Origin: Minisyncoccota bacterium
GTDB taxonomy: Bacteria > Patescibacteriota > Minisyncoccia > Phycocordibacterales > PALSA-1337
Length of the DNA: 64,000 nucleotides
Assembly: GCA_041666915.1 (NCBI GenBank)
Contig: JBAYFZ010000001.1
Coordinates: forward strand, 201,086 to 265,085
Direction of reading: 5' to 3'
This document shows, piece after piece, positions 1-9,146 of this stretch. The position numbers and the translations under genes are program-made. Under the pieces are notes generated by a model that worked only from the letters and a program-made list of their open reading frames with translations, made no database searches and was not told where the DNA came from. Within the stretch, counting starts at the first letter, position 1, and each line of letters starts with the position of its first letter.

Positions 1-416
1 AATACAGACGAGTCTATAATTATATGTTGTACGGGACATTGTAATTCATTAAAACTACTGAAGTTCGAGGTGAATAAATCTACTTTTTCAGTTAATTCCT
101 TGCTGGTATATACATGTATTCCAACTTCTCGGTCATGAAATCTCCAATAATTAAATATTCTATTCTTAAAATAATCAAAAAATTCTCTATGTGAAAGCTT
201 TGTCTTAAATAATTTATTAAGTGTTTCTTTATCCGCTTCACGATTTACAATAAATGCTATATCCAAATCTGAATACTTATCATGTGTCCCCGCCACACGA
301 GAACCGTGAAGCCAACACGAATTCACATACGATAAAGACTCCAGATTGGAGAGTATCCAGAGTAAGAATGGTCGATATTCATTTACGGGCAACTTAGATA
401 ATATACTTGTCTTCAT
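1..416 (-). CDS. Minimal nucleotidyltransferase (Pol-beta superfamily) domain protein, partial; runs off the window start
   Basis: The reverse-strand ORF starts at ATG 416-414 (MKTSILSKLPVNEYRP...). It contains LHGSRVAGTHDKYSDLDIAFIV, which fits the hG[GS]x9-13Dh[DE]h nucleotidyltransferase signature. It is absent from the ORF track because it is truncated at the window edge. Confidence 0.5.
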   Translation of the reverse strand, partial: MKTSILSKLPVNEYRPFLLWILSNLESLSYVNSCWLHGSRVAGTHDKYSDLDIAFIVNREADKETLNKLFKTKLSHREFFDYFKNRIFNYWRFHDREVGIHVYTSKELTEKVDLFTSNFSSFNELQCPVQHIIIDSSV

Positions 417-1359
417 GATTTATGATATTTAAATTTCTTCCTGATATAAACGCCCTGATATTATCGACTAATATTTTAGATATCTTGGTCTCAGACATCA
501 TTGTCTTAAAACCTATATGCGGTGTAAGAATGACATTATTAAAACTAAGTAAGGAATCATCTATTTTGATTGGTTCTCTTTCAAATACATCTAGTCCAGC
601 CGCAAAAATCTTTTTGCTCTTAATATTACTTACCAAAGCTTCAGTATCTATAACCGCACCTCGACTTGTATTTACAAGCACTACCCCATCTTTCATCAGA
701 TTAAACTCTCTCCGAGCGATTAGATGCTTTGTATTTTGATTCAACGGCACATGCAATGAAATGTAATCTGATTTACTGAGCAACTGTTCCAACTCATCTC
801 TATTACTCTTACTATCAATTGAAATAATATTCATATCAAATCCACTACGCGCTATTTCAGAGACTCTTTTACCTATCCTTCCGTATCCTATAATTCCAAG
901 CGTTTTACCCTTCAATTCTAGTCCCCTGTAAAGATGTGGATCCCAAATACCAGCACGTAATTCAGATACAGCCTTATAATATAATCTTGATGATGCAATC
1001 AATAGACCGATAACGTGTTCAGCAACCGCCTGTGTACAATAATCAGGTATATTTGCCACCACAATTCCATTTTTATCTGCAGCATCTATATCAATAAAAT
1101 CAAAACCAGACCCGAATACACAAATTAATTTTGTTTTATTGAGTTTTCCGATGATAGAATCGTCTAGTCTATATTTATTGACAATAATAACTTCCGCATT
1201 AGATATGCGGTGTAAAACCTCCTCATCCGAAACTGGGTCTGAATTATATTCAACAAACGAATCACAAAATGAAGTCAATATATTTTTGTCATCTTGTAGA
1301 ATCTTAGCATTATCAATGGATACAATTTTTGATATCTTCATATTATTTAAAATAGGCAA
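394..1359 (-). CDS. D-isomer-specific 2-hydroxyacid dehydrogenase (glycerate/phosphoglycerate dehydrogenase family)
   Basis: The 321 aa product has an NAD-binding Rossmann motif GIIGYGRIGKRV and the family core LNQNTKHLI...VNTSRGAVID... Confidence 0.8.
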   Translation of the reverse strand: MPILNNMKISKIVSIDNAKILQDDKNILTSFCDSFVEYNSDPVSDEEVLHRISNAEVIIVNKYRLDDSIIGKLNKTKLICVFGSGFDFIDIDAADKNGIVVANIPDYCTQAVAEHVIGLLIASSRLYYKAVSELRAGIWDPHLYRGLELKGKTLGIIGYGRIGKRVSEIARSGFDMNIISIDSKSNRDELEQLLSKSDYISLHVPLNQNTKHLIARREFNLMKDGVVLVNTSRGAVIDTEALVSNIKSKKIFAAGLDVFEREPIKIDDSLLSFNNVILTPHIGFKTMMSETKISKILVDNIRAFISGRNLNIINHEDKYII

Positions 1360-1485
1360 TCAATAGCTTCCTTCTTTTTAGACCTTTCTTTATCAATTGA
1401 TTCTCCTTCCACATTGTCCATCACCGTCACATGTGTTTTCGGGCATAGTTTTTCCTTTCGTTTTAAAACTACAATCGTCTACTTT

Positions 1486-1560
1486 CTTTGAGTATATCAT
1501 ACACATACGAGTTAAAATCCTGATAAAAAAAGGTTAAAGAAACGATAAAAAAGCGTTAAA
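1486..1560 (-). repeat. Copy C of a dispersed promoter-like repeat (TTTCTTTAACCTTTCTT-ATCAGGATTTTAACTC-TATGTGTATG), pointing at the dehydrogenase gene
   Basis: The reverse complement matches the copies at 10754-10821 and 39279-39336 almost base for base. This includes the downstream TATGTGTATG. Confidence 0.5.
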
Positions 1561-2107
1561 GAAACAATGAAGATTTTGATTCTGTAATGTGGCTACAAAT
1601 AACGATAAAATCTACTTTTACCTCGAGAAGTTGCTAAAAACATGTAAAAAGTGAGAGTAAAAAGGGGTATGTGAGGGTGTTTTTGGGTCAAAAATAATTT
1701 TTATGTAAACATAAATATTTACAGCGTGATAGTTTATACCAATCACTAACAAGTTACCTACGTATAGGTATTTTATGTTTTAAATATGGAAATCGATAAT
1801 CCAAATGCTATATTTCCTATAATAATCAAGGATATCTTATCCAAAGCCTTTTACCTTTTCAAAGATTTATTTGACGCATTTATAGGAACAAAAAAGGACG
1901 AGCGAAGTCGGTAAGAAACAAAAAATTTCAAATATTTGAGAGATGTGCTAGATTTATTCCCTTAATGGATAAATCACCCAACAAAGAAGCGATCGCTTTT
2001 TTCACCGAATGTATAGGCATGGGTGGTGTCCTCATGCTGATCGTTGGATTTTTTCTCCTCAGGATTCTAGAGACTTTTGGAATAGTGAAGGTGAATTTGT
2101 GGAATTA

Positions 2108-2143
2108 AAAAACTGCAAAATCCTTTTGGGATCATGCAGTTTT
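2108..2143 (-). terminator. Rho-independent terminator downstream of the ABC transporter gene
   Basis: The hairpin is AAAACTGCA-loop-TGCAGTTTT, followed by a U-run on the minus strand. Confidence 0.5.
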
Positions 2144-2160
2144 CGTGAATTTAAAATACG

Positions 2161-3978
2161 TTAGGCCAGAATCACTTGATTGTGTACCAAACGTCGATAA
2201 TAACCATCTTTTTGTACAAGTTCCTCGTGAGAACCTTGCTCAACAAGCTTCCCTTCATCAAAGACAAATATTTTGTCGACATCTTTCACTGTCGCCAAAC
2301 GATGAGCAATGATGATGGTCGTCTTTCCAACAGAAGCTTCTCGGATACTTTCCCGAATAATAGCTTCATTTTCAGTATCAAGACTTGAAGTAGCCTCATC
2401 AAAGATCAATATTTGCGGATTCTTGATGAGTGCTCGAGCAATACCGACCCTTTGCCTCTGACCGCCAGACAATTTGAGACCACGTTCACCGACCAAAGTA
2501 TCCCAACCATTTTCAAGCTTATTGGAAAATTCCGATACGCGTGAGAGTTTGGAAATATGGTCAAGTTGTTCGTTGGTAACTTTATCAGCTGACCCATTCA
2601 GACCAAAGGTGATGTTGTAGCGCATAGAACCGTCGAACAGTGCTACGTCTTGCGGTACCAAACCAATATTGCGACGAAGCTCTCGGTAATCGAGCATCCG
2701 TATGTCAACTCCGTCTATCAGTACATGACCAGCCTGAGAATCGTACGCCCTAAGAACAAGTCCTATAAGCGTTGATTTCCCTGCTCCAGATGGACCAACA
2801 AACGCATAACGTTTACCGGGATCTAGAACGAGAGAGATGTCCTGAAGAGCTGGTATCTCCTGATGCTCTTTCGTGGAAGTTTCTTCACCTTCATCGTCAT
2901 TTAATGAATCCTTATCTGTGCGCTTACGATAAGTGAAACTGACGTGACGAAACTCAATTCTCCCTTGCAGATTTTCAATGGGTACCGGCTTATCGGGCAT
3001 TAGAATATCTGGCTGATAATCCAAAAACCTGAAATATTTACTAACAGGTGCTAGATTTTTCATCAGATTACGTTGGACGTGACTAATGTTAGTCAAAGTC
3101 CCTAATGCCGAACCAATCCATATGACAACTGCTACAAATGTTCCTGGTGTAATCGTTCCTTTACGGGCCAAGTAGGCACTAATAGCAATACATAATGTCT
3201 GGGAGATTATCAAAAAGAATTGTCCCCCATAGAAACAAACACCGTAGGATAACCACACTGGCTTACCTTGCAATCCTTCAGTATTCTTTTCTTCGTCACA
3301 CTCTCTTCGCACACGCTCTTCTTGGGCATTAGCAAAGACAAGATCTGCATTTTCTATCACCTCGCCACGTTTCTTTGAAACAGTATTGGATAAAGTGTCC
3401 AATTTTCGTAACCGTGGAGAAAAAGAAGTATTGTACTTCACGGTATAGATGGCATAGCAGATAATTACAAAGATTACACAAGCACCGATAATCGGTACTT
3501 TCACTAGAAGAAGTCCTAGTGGTATGAAAACCATGAGAATAGTCGGAACAAGTTCGTATATTCCCATATTTACAATACCAGCAACGGCAGCTTCTCCTTT
3601 GCTCATAATACTTCGTTTGATGATCGAGTGTCCTGCATGATGTTGGCCCATAGATATGCTGAAAAACTTTTCCAGAGATATCCGTGAGAGATGCCTGTAC
3701 AATTCATAATCCAAATTATGAATTTCAAAACGTTCTCGAAAGAGAGCGAGACTGTTCCTTGTACATCCGAGTAATCCCCAAAGACAGATAGCTATGATCA
3801 GGGTTTGAGTCTCGTCGGTTTTTGACGATGAGACCGACGTTACGATCATTCCAAAGATCATTGGGAATATCGCGATTATCGCTTGAATGACAAGGATAAG
3901 GCCGAGAATACTGATGATTTTACGATGATATGGAGCACATAAGCCCCAAATCCGTTTTAGAGTTTGTACTTTTTTCAC
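2161..3978 (-). CDS. ABC transporter, fused permease/ATPase (type I exporter, MsbA-like)
   Basis: The 605 aa product has an N-terminal 6-TM domain. It carries Walker A GPSGAGKST, the ABC signature LSGGQRQR, and Walker B ILIFDEATSSLD. Confidence 0.9.
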   Translation of the reverse strand: MKKVQTLKRIWGLCAPYHRKIISILGLILVIQAIIAIFPMIFGMIVTSVSSSKTDETQTLIIAICLWGLLGCTRNSLALFRERFEIHNLDYELYRHLSRISLEKFFSISMGQHHAGHSIIKRSIMSKGEAAVAGIVNMGIYELVPTILMVFIPLGLLLVKVPIIGACVIFVIICYAIYTVKYNTSFSPRLRKLDTLSNTVSKKRGEVIENADLVFANAQEERVRRECDEEKNTEGLQGKPVWLSYGVCFYGGQFFLIISQTLCIAISAYLARKGTITPGTFVAVVIWIGSALGTLTNISHVQRNLMKNLAPVSKYFRFLDYQPDILMPDKPVPIENLQGRIEFRHVSFTYRKRTDKDSLNDDEGEETSTKEHQEIPALQDISLVLDPGKRYAFVGPSGAGKSTLIGLVLRAYDSQAGHVLIDGVDIRMLDYRELRRNIGLVPQDVALFDGSMRYNITFGLNGSADKVTNEQLDHISKLSRVSEFSNKLENGWDTLVGERGLKLSGGQRQRVGIARALIKNPQILIFDEATSSLDTENEAIIRESIREASVGKTTIIIAHRLATVKDVDKIFVFDEGKLVEQGSHEELVQKDGYYRRLVHNQVILA

Positions 3979-4089
3979 AAGTCAAAGATCTTTCTTTTGT
4001 TGATGTTAATTTTTTCACGTACGCACGTACGCAAAAATTCTGTGTAACATTATATCACACATTTTATAAAAATCAAGTTTTCTATCACC

Positions 4090-4797
4090 CTAAACCCTCT
4101 CATACAACCCACTCACTTCCCTATGCAAAATCTCTGTTATAGAATCTACAGATTGACCATTGGGGATATTGATTTCACCACCAACATTGATGAAAAACTC
4201 TCTTCGAAGCCACTTACGTTCACCCAGGCGGAATGAGACAGGAATGATATGGACACCAGTCTTTTGTTGGAGGACAGCGGCACCTTTTTTGAATGGACCA
4301 ACTTGGTCGCCATAGGTGATCTTCCCTTCCGGATAAATAACGATATTACCACCAATATGGATGATCTCTACAGCTTTCTCAATATTCTTTTCAATACCCA
4401 AACCAGGGGTTACAGTGAATACCCCAAATAATGAATAAATAAAATCAACAACACCTATTTTAGCGAGAAAATTCAGAGATCTAGTATTGAACTTGGTAAC
4501 AGCCATGAATCGCAAAGGTAGATGATGGGTGAATACACCTAGAACTAGACGAAAGAGAAAACTGTCGTAAAAAGAGACGTGGTTTGTAATGATGACAAAA
4601 GGCCCCTTCGTGCGTGGGAATATTTCTTGGCCACGTATACGGACTTTGAGCGTGCTGTGGAACAACAAGAAAAGCAACGGCCACGTGACGTATTGAGTAA
4701 TTTTGGCAAACTCGTTTATGATCCTCTCTTTTGAGACAGCTTTTTTCGTAGTTGGTATTTCGAACGTATCAGCGATATTTTCCGCAACAGTTGACAT
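4090..4797 (-). CDS. plsC: 1-acyl-sn-glycerol-3-phosphate acyltransferase
   Basis: The HxxxxD motif (NHVSFYD) and the PEG motif (IYPEGKI) are both present. Confidence 0.75.
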   Translation of the reverse strand: MSTVAENIADTFEIPTTKKAVSKERIINEFAKITQYVTWPLLFLLFHSTLKVRIRGQEIFPRTKGPFVIITNHVSFYDSFLFRLVLGVFTHHLPLRFMAVTKFNTRSLNFLAKIGVVDFIYSLFGVFTVTPGLGIEKNIEKAVEIIHIGGNIVIYPEGKITYGDQVGPFKKGAAVLQQKTGVHIIPVSFRLGERKWLRREFFINVGGEINIPNGQSVDSITEILHREVSGLYERV

Positions 4798-4848
4798 GAT
4801 AGATAATTATAGCACTATTCTTATTTTAAATTTGGTCTTGTGGATAAT

Positions 4849-7062
4849 TTAAGCGGGCTCCTCGACCGTGCTCGGAGCAGGCCACTTTTCCACAATCAAC
4901 ATTTTCTTGTTTGAAATAGGCATTTCTGACCAAATCTCCTCTGTGATATATGGCATGAATGGATGCAGTGCCTTCAGGATCGTAGCGAAGATTTCCATGA
5001 GCAATTGTTTTCTAGAGAGGATTTCCTCGGCTGTACCCTCAGAAATAACTTTCTTACTTTCTTCTATGATGAGATCAGCATAGTTGTGCCAAGCATAATG
5101 ATAGAGTTTTTCTCCAGCTAGATAATATCTAAAATTGTCCATATCTGAAGTAACGTCAGTCATGAGAGCTTTCATTTCATTCAATAATTTCAGATCAGCT
5201 GGTGCATAGGCTTTGAAATTGCTATCAAATGTAAAAGGTAAAGTCCCTTCAATGATCTTTCCACCAGGACCGATGCCTTCCAAGGTTGAGAAGACGAATC
5301 TGGCAACATTCCATAGTTTATTTGCGAACTTTTTGTAAGCCGAGACTTTGTCATCAGATAGAGCTAGAGAAGTTCCAGGAGTATTGCCTATGACCAATCC
5401 CATCCTGAAGGCATCTGTACCAAATTTAGAAGTGAGGTCTAGAGGGTTGATAACATTTCCTTTACTCTTACTCATCTTCAGACCTTTTGCATCCAAAACA
5501 AGCCCGTGTAAATAAACAGTTTTGAAAGGAATCTTTCCCGTAACATAAAGCCCCATCATTATCATCCTAGAAACCCAGAAGAAAATGATTTCTCCAGCTG
5601 TTTCCATGACATCTGTAGGATAGTAATTTTTGAAATCTTCTCCATTTGGAAAACCGAGTGTAGCAAAAGGCCATTGGCATGAAGAAAACCAAGTATCAAA
5701 AGTATCGTTATCTTTTTCCAAAGCACCGTCGCATTTTTTACAATTGGTTAGTTTGTCTTCTAGATCAACAAAACCTTCTCCGCAACTCTTACAAATCTTG
5801 GCAGGTATAGGTATACCCCAAACGATCTGTCTAGAAATATTCCAATCCATTATATTCTCTAGCCAATGAAGAGTGATCTTTTGATAATGATCTGGTATAT
5901 AAGTAATGTCACCAGAATTAATCTTTTCTAGAGCTTTCTCTGCCAAAGGTTTCATTTTGACGAACCACTGACTGCGAATCTGAGGTTCAATGAGAGTTCC
6001 GCATTTGTAGCAAGTACGAACTACGTGTTTGTAACCAGTATCAATCTTTTCAACCAAACCTTTTGATTTCAATTTTTCAATGATAAGCGGACGAGCCTTC
6101 TTGATATGTTGGCCAGCGAATTCTCCTGCAATAGGCAAAAGTTTACCCATTTCATCTATAATCTGCTCTTTATCAAGGTTATGACGCTCGGCAATGCCGA
6201 AGTCCACAGGATCATGCCAAGGAGTGATGGTCATGACACCTGTACCGAATTCCATATCTATAGCTGTATCCTTGATGATGGTGGCGGTGATGGGACCGTT
6301 TATCCATTCAAGTTCTATTTTCTGTCCTTCTTTGTAATTTGCATAACGCTTGTCATCCGGATGCATAACGACATATTTGTCACCAAATTTTGTTTCTGGT
6401 CTAGAAGTACCGATGACGAATGGGCCATATTTCAAGAAATAGAATTCTTCGGTTCTCTCTTCATCTTTTATTTCCAAATCAGAAAAAGCCGTCTGATGTT
6501 TTGTACACCAACTGACTATGCGCTTGCCACGATAAAGTAGGTTATCATCAGAGAGTTTTTTGAAAGTTCCGTAAACAGTCTTGACTACATCTGGATCTAG
6601 TGTGAATTTTTGACGTGACCAATCGCAGGAAGCGCCCATTTTCCTAACTTGAGATGTGATATTGGAAGAATTGGTCAAAGTAAAATCCAAGATTTCCTGA
6701 TATAACTTTTTTGGTTCAATATCAAAACGAGTTCTACCTTCTTTCTCCAACTTTTTTTCATAAACTACTTGAGTTTCAAATCCAGCATGATCCAAACCTG
6801 GCAACCAAAGAGTTCTAAAACCAGACATACGCTTGTAGCGAGTCATGATGTCTTCAACCGTCATAACTAGTCCGTGGCCAGCATGAAGAGAACCGTTGGC
6901 ATTGGTTGGGGGCATGATAATAGTAAAAGGCTTGGCATCCTTTGCAGTGATTCCACTTTTTACACATTCATCAGGGTTAAAAAAACCACTTTTTTCCCAC
7001 TTCGTGTATATTCTCTCCTCGGTCTCTTTTGGGTCGTAAGGCTTTAGGAATTTTCCGTCCAT
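4849..7062 (-). CDS. valS: Valyl-tRNA synthetase (short form, no C-terminal coiled coil)
   Basis: HIGH region PPTNANGSLHAGHG, RYKRMSGF..LWLPGLDHAGFETQ, DTFDTWFSS and KMSKSKGN are all present. This pattern is ValRS-specific rather than IleRS or LeuRS. Confidence 0.8.
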   Translation of the reverse strand: MDGKFLKPYDPKETEERIYTKWEKSGFFNPDECVKSGITAKDAKPFTIIMPPTNANGSLHAGHGLVMTVEDIMTRYKRMSGFRTLWLPGLDHAGFETQVVYEKKLEKEGRTRFDIEPKKLYQEILDFTLTNSSNITSQVRKMGASCDWSRQKFTLDPDVVKTVYGTFKKLSDDNLLYRGKRIVSWCTKHQTAFSDLEIKDEERTEEFYFLKYGPFVIGTSRPETKFGDKYVVMHPDDKRYANYKEGQKIELEWINGPITATIIKDTAIDMEFGTGVMTITPWHDPVDFGIAERHNLDKEQIIDEMGKLLPIAGEFAGQHIKKARPLIIEKLKSKGLVEKIDTGYKHVVRTCYKCGTLIEPQIRSQWFVKMKPLAEKALEKINSGDITYIPDHYQKITLHWLENIMDWNISRQIVWGIPIPAKICKSCGEGFVDLEDKLTNCKKCDGALEKDNDTFDTWFSSCQWPFATLGFPNGEDFKNYYPTDVMETAGEIIFFWVSRMIMMGLYVTGKIPFKTVYLHGLVLDAKGLKMSKSKGNVINPLDLTSKFGTDAFRMGLVIGNTPGTSLALSDDKVSAYKKFANKLWNVARFVFSTLEGIGPGGKIIEGTLPFTFDSNFKAYAPADLKLLNEMKALMTDVTSDMDNFRYYLAGEKLYHYAWHNYADLIIEESKKVISEGTAEEILSRKQLLMEIFATILKALHPFMPYITEEIWSEMPISNKKMLIVEKWPAPSTVEEPA

Positions 7063-7083
7063 ATGAAGATATTAGCATATTGT

Positions 7084-7169
7084 GTCATTCCCGCGAAGGC
7101 GGGAATCCATGAAGACAATTAAAGGAATTTTTTGGTAATATCCTGGATTCCCGCCTTCGCGGGAATGAC
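7084..7169. repeat. Inverted-repeat element, copy 1 (TIR GTCATTCCCGCGAAGGCGGGAATCCA ... TCCTGGATTCCCGCCTTCGCGGGAATGAC)
   Basis: Read directly from the sequence. Each TIR is itself a hairpin (CCCGC-GAAG-GCGGG). The element sits between the valS start and the stop of the Gly/Tyr-rich gene. Confidence 0.85.
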
Positions 7170-7176
7170 GCAAGGA

Positions 7177-7698
7177 TTAGTATCTGTGGCCGTATCCTCC
7201 ATAATAAGTATTCAAATGAGCACTACCTATAGGACCACCGTAGTTATAATAGTTGTATCCACCGTTATAGATTCCAGTACCAAATGGGCCACCATAATAA
7301 GCACTGCCAACAGGACCGCCGTAATTGTAATAATTGTATCCACCATTGTAAATTCCAGTACCATAAGGATTGCCGTAGTAAGAACTACCATAATAAGTAT
7401 TATCATAGCCACCGTAATAATCGTTGTAACCACCATAGTCATATCCACCGTAATATGATCCGTAATAACTAGAGTCATAATAACTTACACTAGAATAATC
7501 ACTGTAGTAACTATCGGAATAGCTTCCATAATAACCACTGTCGTAACTATCGTAACCTCCATCATATCCACCATAATCACTGTAATAACCTCCGTAATCG
7601 TAATATTGAGCCTCTGCTTGGCTAGGAATAGCCATAAACAAGCCAAATATGGCAATAACAATGATTCCGGCTAGGGTGAATTTATTGGAAGATTTCAT
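7177..7698 (-). CDS. Secreted Gly/Tyr/Ser/Asp-rich low-complexity protein
   Basis: The signal peptide is MKSSNKFTLAGIIVIAIFGLFMAIPSQAEA. About 140 aa of YGGY/YYG repeats follow. There is an exact tandem duplication GTGIYNGGYNYYNYGGP(V/I)GSA. Confidence 0.6.
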   Translation of the reverse strand: MKSSNKFTLAGIIVIAIFGLFMAIPSQAEAQYYDYGGYYSDYGGYDGGYDSYDSGYYGSYSDSYYSDYSSVSYYDSSYYGSYYGGYDYGGYNDYYGGYDNTYYGSSYYGNPYGTGIYNGGYNYYNYGGPVGSAYYGGPFGTGIYNGGYNYYNYGGPIGSAHLNTYYGGYGHRY

Positions 7699-7767
7699 AC
7701 AAAAAGTGTACTACTATTTTATAAAATGTCAAGGTTTTTGGATTCTCTAATGGTAAAACCCGACCAA

Positions 7768-7795
7768 GAAAAAACCCCGCTTTCGCGAGGCTTCT
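7768..7795 (-). terminator. Putative terminator downstream of the cold-shock gene
   Basis: On the minus strand the hairpin is CCTCGC-GAAA-GCGGGG, followed by TTTTTTC. The stem has one mismatch. Confidence 0.35.
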
Positions 7796-7829
7796 TCTAT
7801 TCTTATTAAGCCGTTAGGCCTAAAAAGTA

Positions 7830-8030
7830 TTATACGCGCTTTACATCCTGTGCGTTTGGTCCTTTTTGACCGTCAACGACATTGAAAGTAACAGCATCAC
7901 CTACTTTGAGTTCAGCAAAAGTGACACCGGAAAGATCGTTTGAGTGAAAGAAGAGATCTTTTGTCTCACCTTCACGAGCGATGAATCCGAATCCTTTCTC
8001 TGTCAAAGTCTTGATTGTTCCTGATTGCAT
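7830..8030 (-). CDS. Cold-shock protein (CspA family)
   Basis: The 66 aa product contains the RNP-1 motif KGFGFI and FFHSNDL. Confidence 0.9.
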   Translation of the reverse strand: MQSGTIKTLTEKGFGFIAREGETKDLFFHSNDLSGVTFAELKVGDAVTFNVVDGQKGPNAQDVKRV

Positions 8031-8076
8031 GGTTTTTGATTTTAAAATATAAATTGAAGAAGTTCGACTCGTTTCT

Positions 8077-9102
8077 TTGTGTAGACATCATAGCATAGAT
8101 GGTGATATTAACCTAATATGTTTGAGGTTTCTCATCAACTGGCGAATCGGGGCTTATCTTTGTTATACTATTCATATGATTTACACACATTCTTACCGTG
8201 GTATCGTTTGGCTCGATATGGAATCCCCTTCAGATGAAGAAGTTTCCAGTTTAATAAAACGTTATGGACTCCATCCTCTAGTTGGAGAGGAACTCAAGAT
8301 TTCTAGTTCTATAGCCAAGATTGATTTCTTTGATGATTACATCTTTATCGTTCTTACCCTACCAGTCCGCAAGCGTACAAAAAATGGTGGCTATGAGATT
8401 GTAGATCGTGAGATAGATTTTGTCATCGGTAAAAATTTTCTTATTACCTCAAGAGAAGATACTATTGAACAATTGGAGTATTTCGGTAAGATTTTTGATA
8501 CCAATTCTATTCTCAATAAAGATGAAAAGATTGAACACGCCGGTTATCTTTTCTACTATATGGTCAAACGTATATACGCCGGCATGGTTGAAGATTTGAA
8601 AAATATTCAGGATTCACTGGCTTCAGCAGAAAAAGGTATATACCAAGGCGATGAACGCAAAATGGTTGAGGTTTTATCAGCTCTCAGTCATGAACTTATT
8701 GATATCAAGCAAACTGCCAGAATGCATCGTGAAGTTTGGGAGAAAATGGTGGACTATGATGAGAAAAATTTCTTCGGAAAAGACTTCAATTCTTACGTAC
8801 ACGATATTCGCAATGAATTTAACATCATTCATGAACTTATCATAAATACCCATGAACTCTTGGCGGATCTACGCGAGACCAACGATTCCCTTTTAAATGC
8901 CAAGCAAAATGAGACGATCAAAATGTTGACCACTATCACCGTGATCTTCTATCCAGCCACACTCATTGCTTCCATATTCACTATTCCAGCTTTAGGCATC
9001 CCTATTTTGAATAATTCAAATAGTTGGGGTATCCTCATGATCATCTCTATTGTCTGTACCGGCGGTTTTTGGTATCTACTTAAAAAGAAGAACTGGATCT
9101 AG
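8077..9102 (+). CDS. CorA-family divalent cation transporter with non-canonical signature; likely true start at ATG 8218 (MESPSDEEV)
   Basis: It has the CorA N-terminal domain layout and two C-terminal TM helices. The position of the canonical YGMNF motif reads IFTIPALG instead. The upstream extension (MCRHHS...) is likely not translated. Confidence 0.55.
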   Translation: MCRHHSIDGDINLICLRFLINWRIGAYLCYTIHMIYTHSYRGIVWLDMESPSDEEVSSLIKRYGLHPLVGEELKISSSIAKIDFFDDYIFIVLTLPVRKRTKNGGYEIVDREIDFVIGKNFLITSREDTIEQLEYFGKIFDTNSILNKDEKIEHAGYLFYYMVKRIYAGMVEDLKNIQDSLASAEKGIYQGDERKMVEVLSALSHELIDIKQTARMHREVWEKMVDYDEKNFFGKDFNSYVHDIRNEFNIIHELIINTHELLADLRETNDSLLNAKQNETIKMLTTITVIFYPATLIASIFTIPALGIPILNNSNSWGILMIISIVCTGGFWYLLKKKNWI

Positions 9103-9146
9103 TAAAAACCTATGAATTTGATGCATTTCTTCGTTGCTTCGCTCGT

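Noticed and set aside
5630-6540. Plus-strand ORFs inside valS
   Set aside because: They are antisense artefacts within a gene that has HIGH and KMSKS motifs.
7132-7478. ORFs 7132-7458 (+), 7227-7478 (-) and 7284-7472 (+) overlapping the Gly/Tyr-rich gene
   Set aside because: They are alternative-frame and antisense artefacts of the low-complexity repeat, with Ile/Val/Thr-rich nonsense composition. Only the frame with a signal peptide and G/Y repeats is plausible.
8077-8217. N-terminal extension of the CorA-like ORF (MCRHHSIDGD...)
   Set aside because: It has no homology to CorA N-termini. The internal start MESPSDEEV gives the expected domain length.
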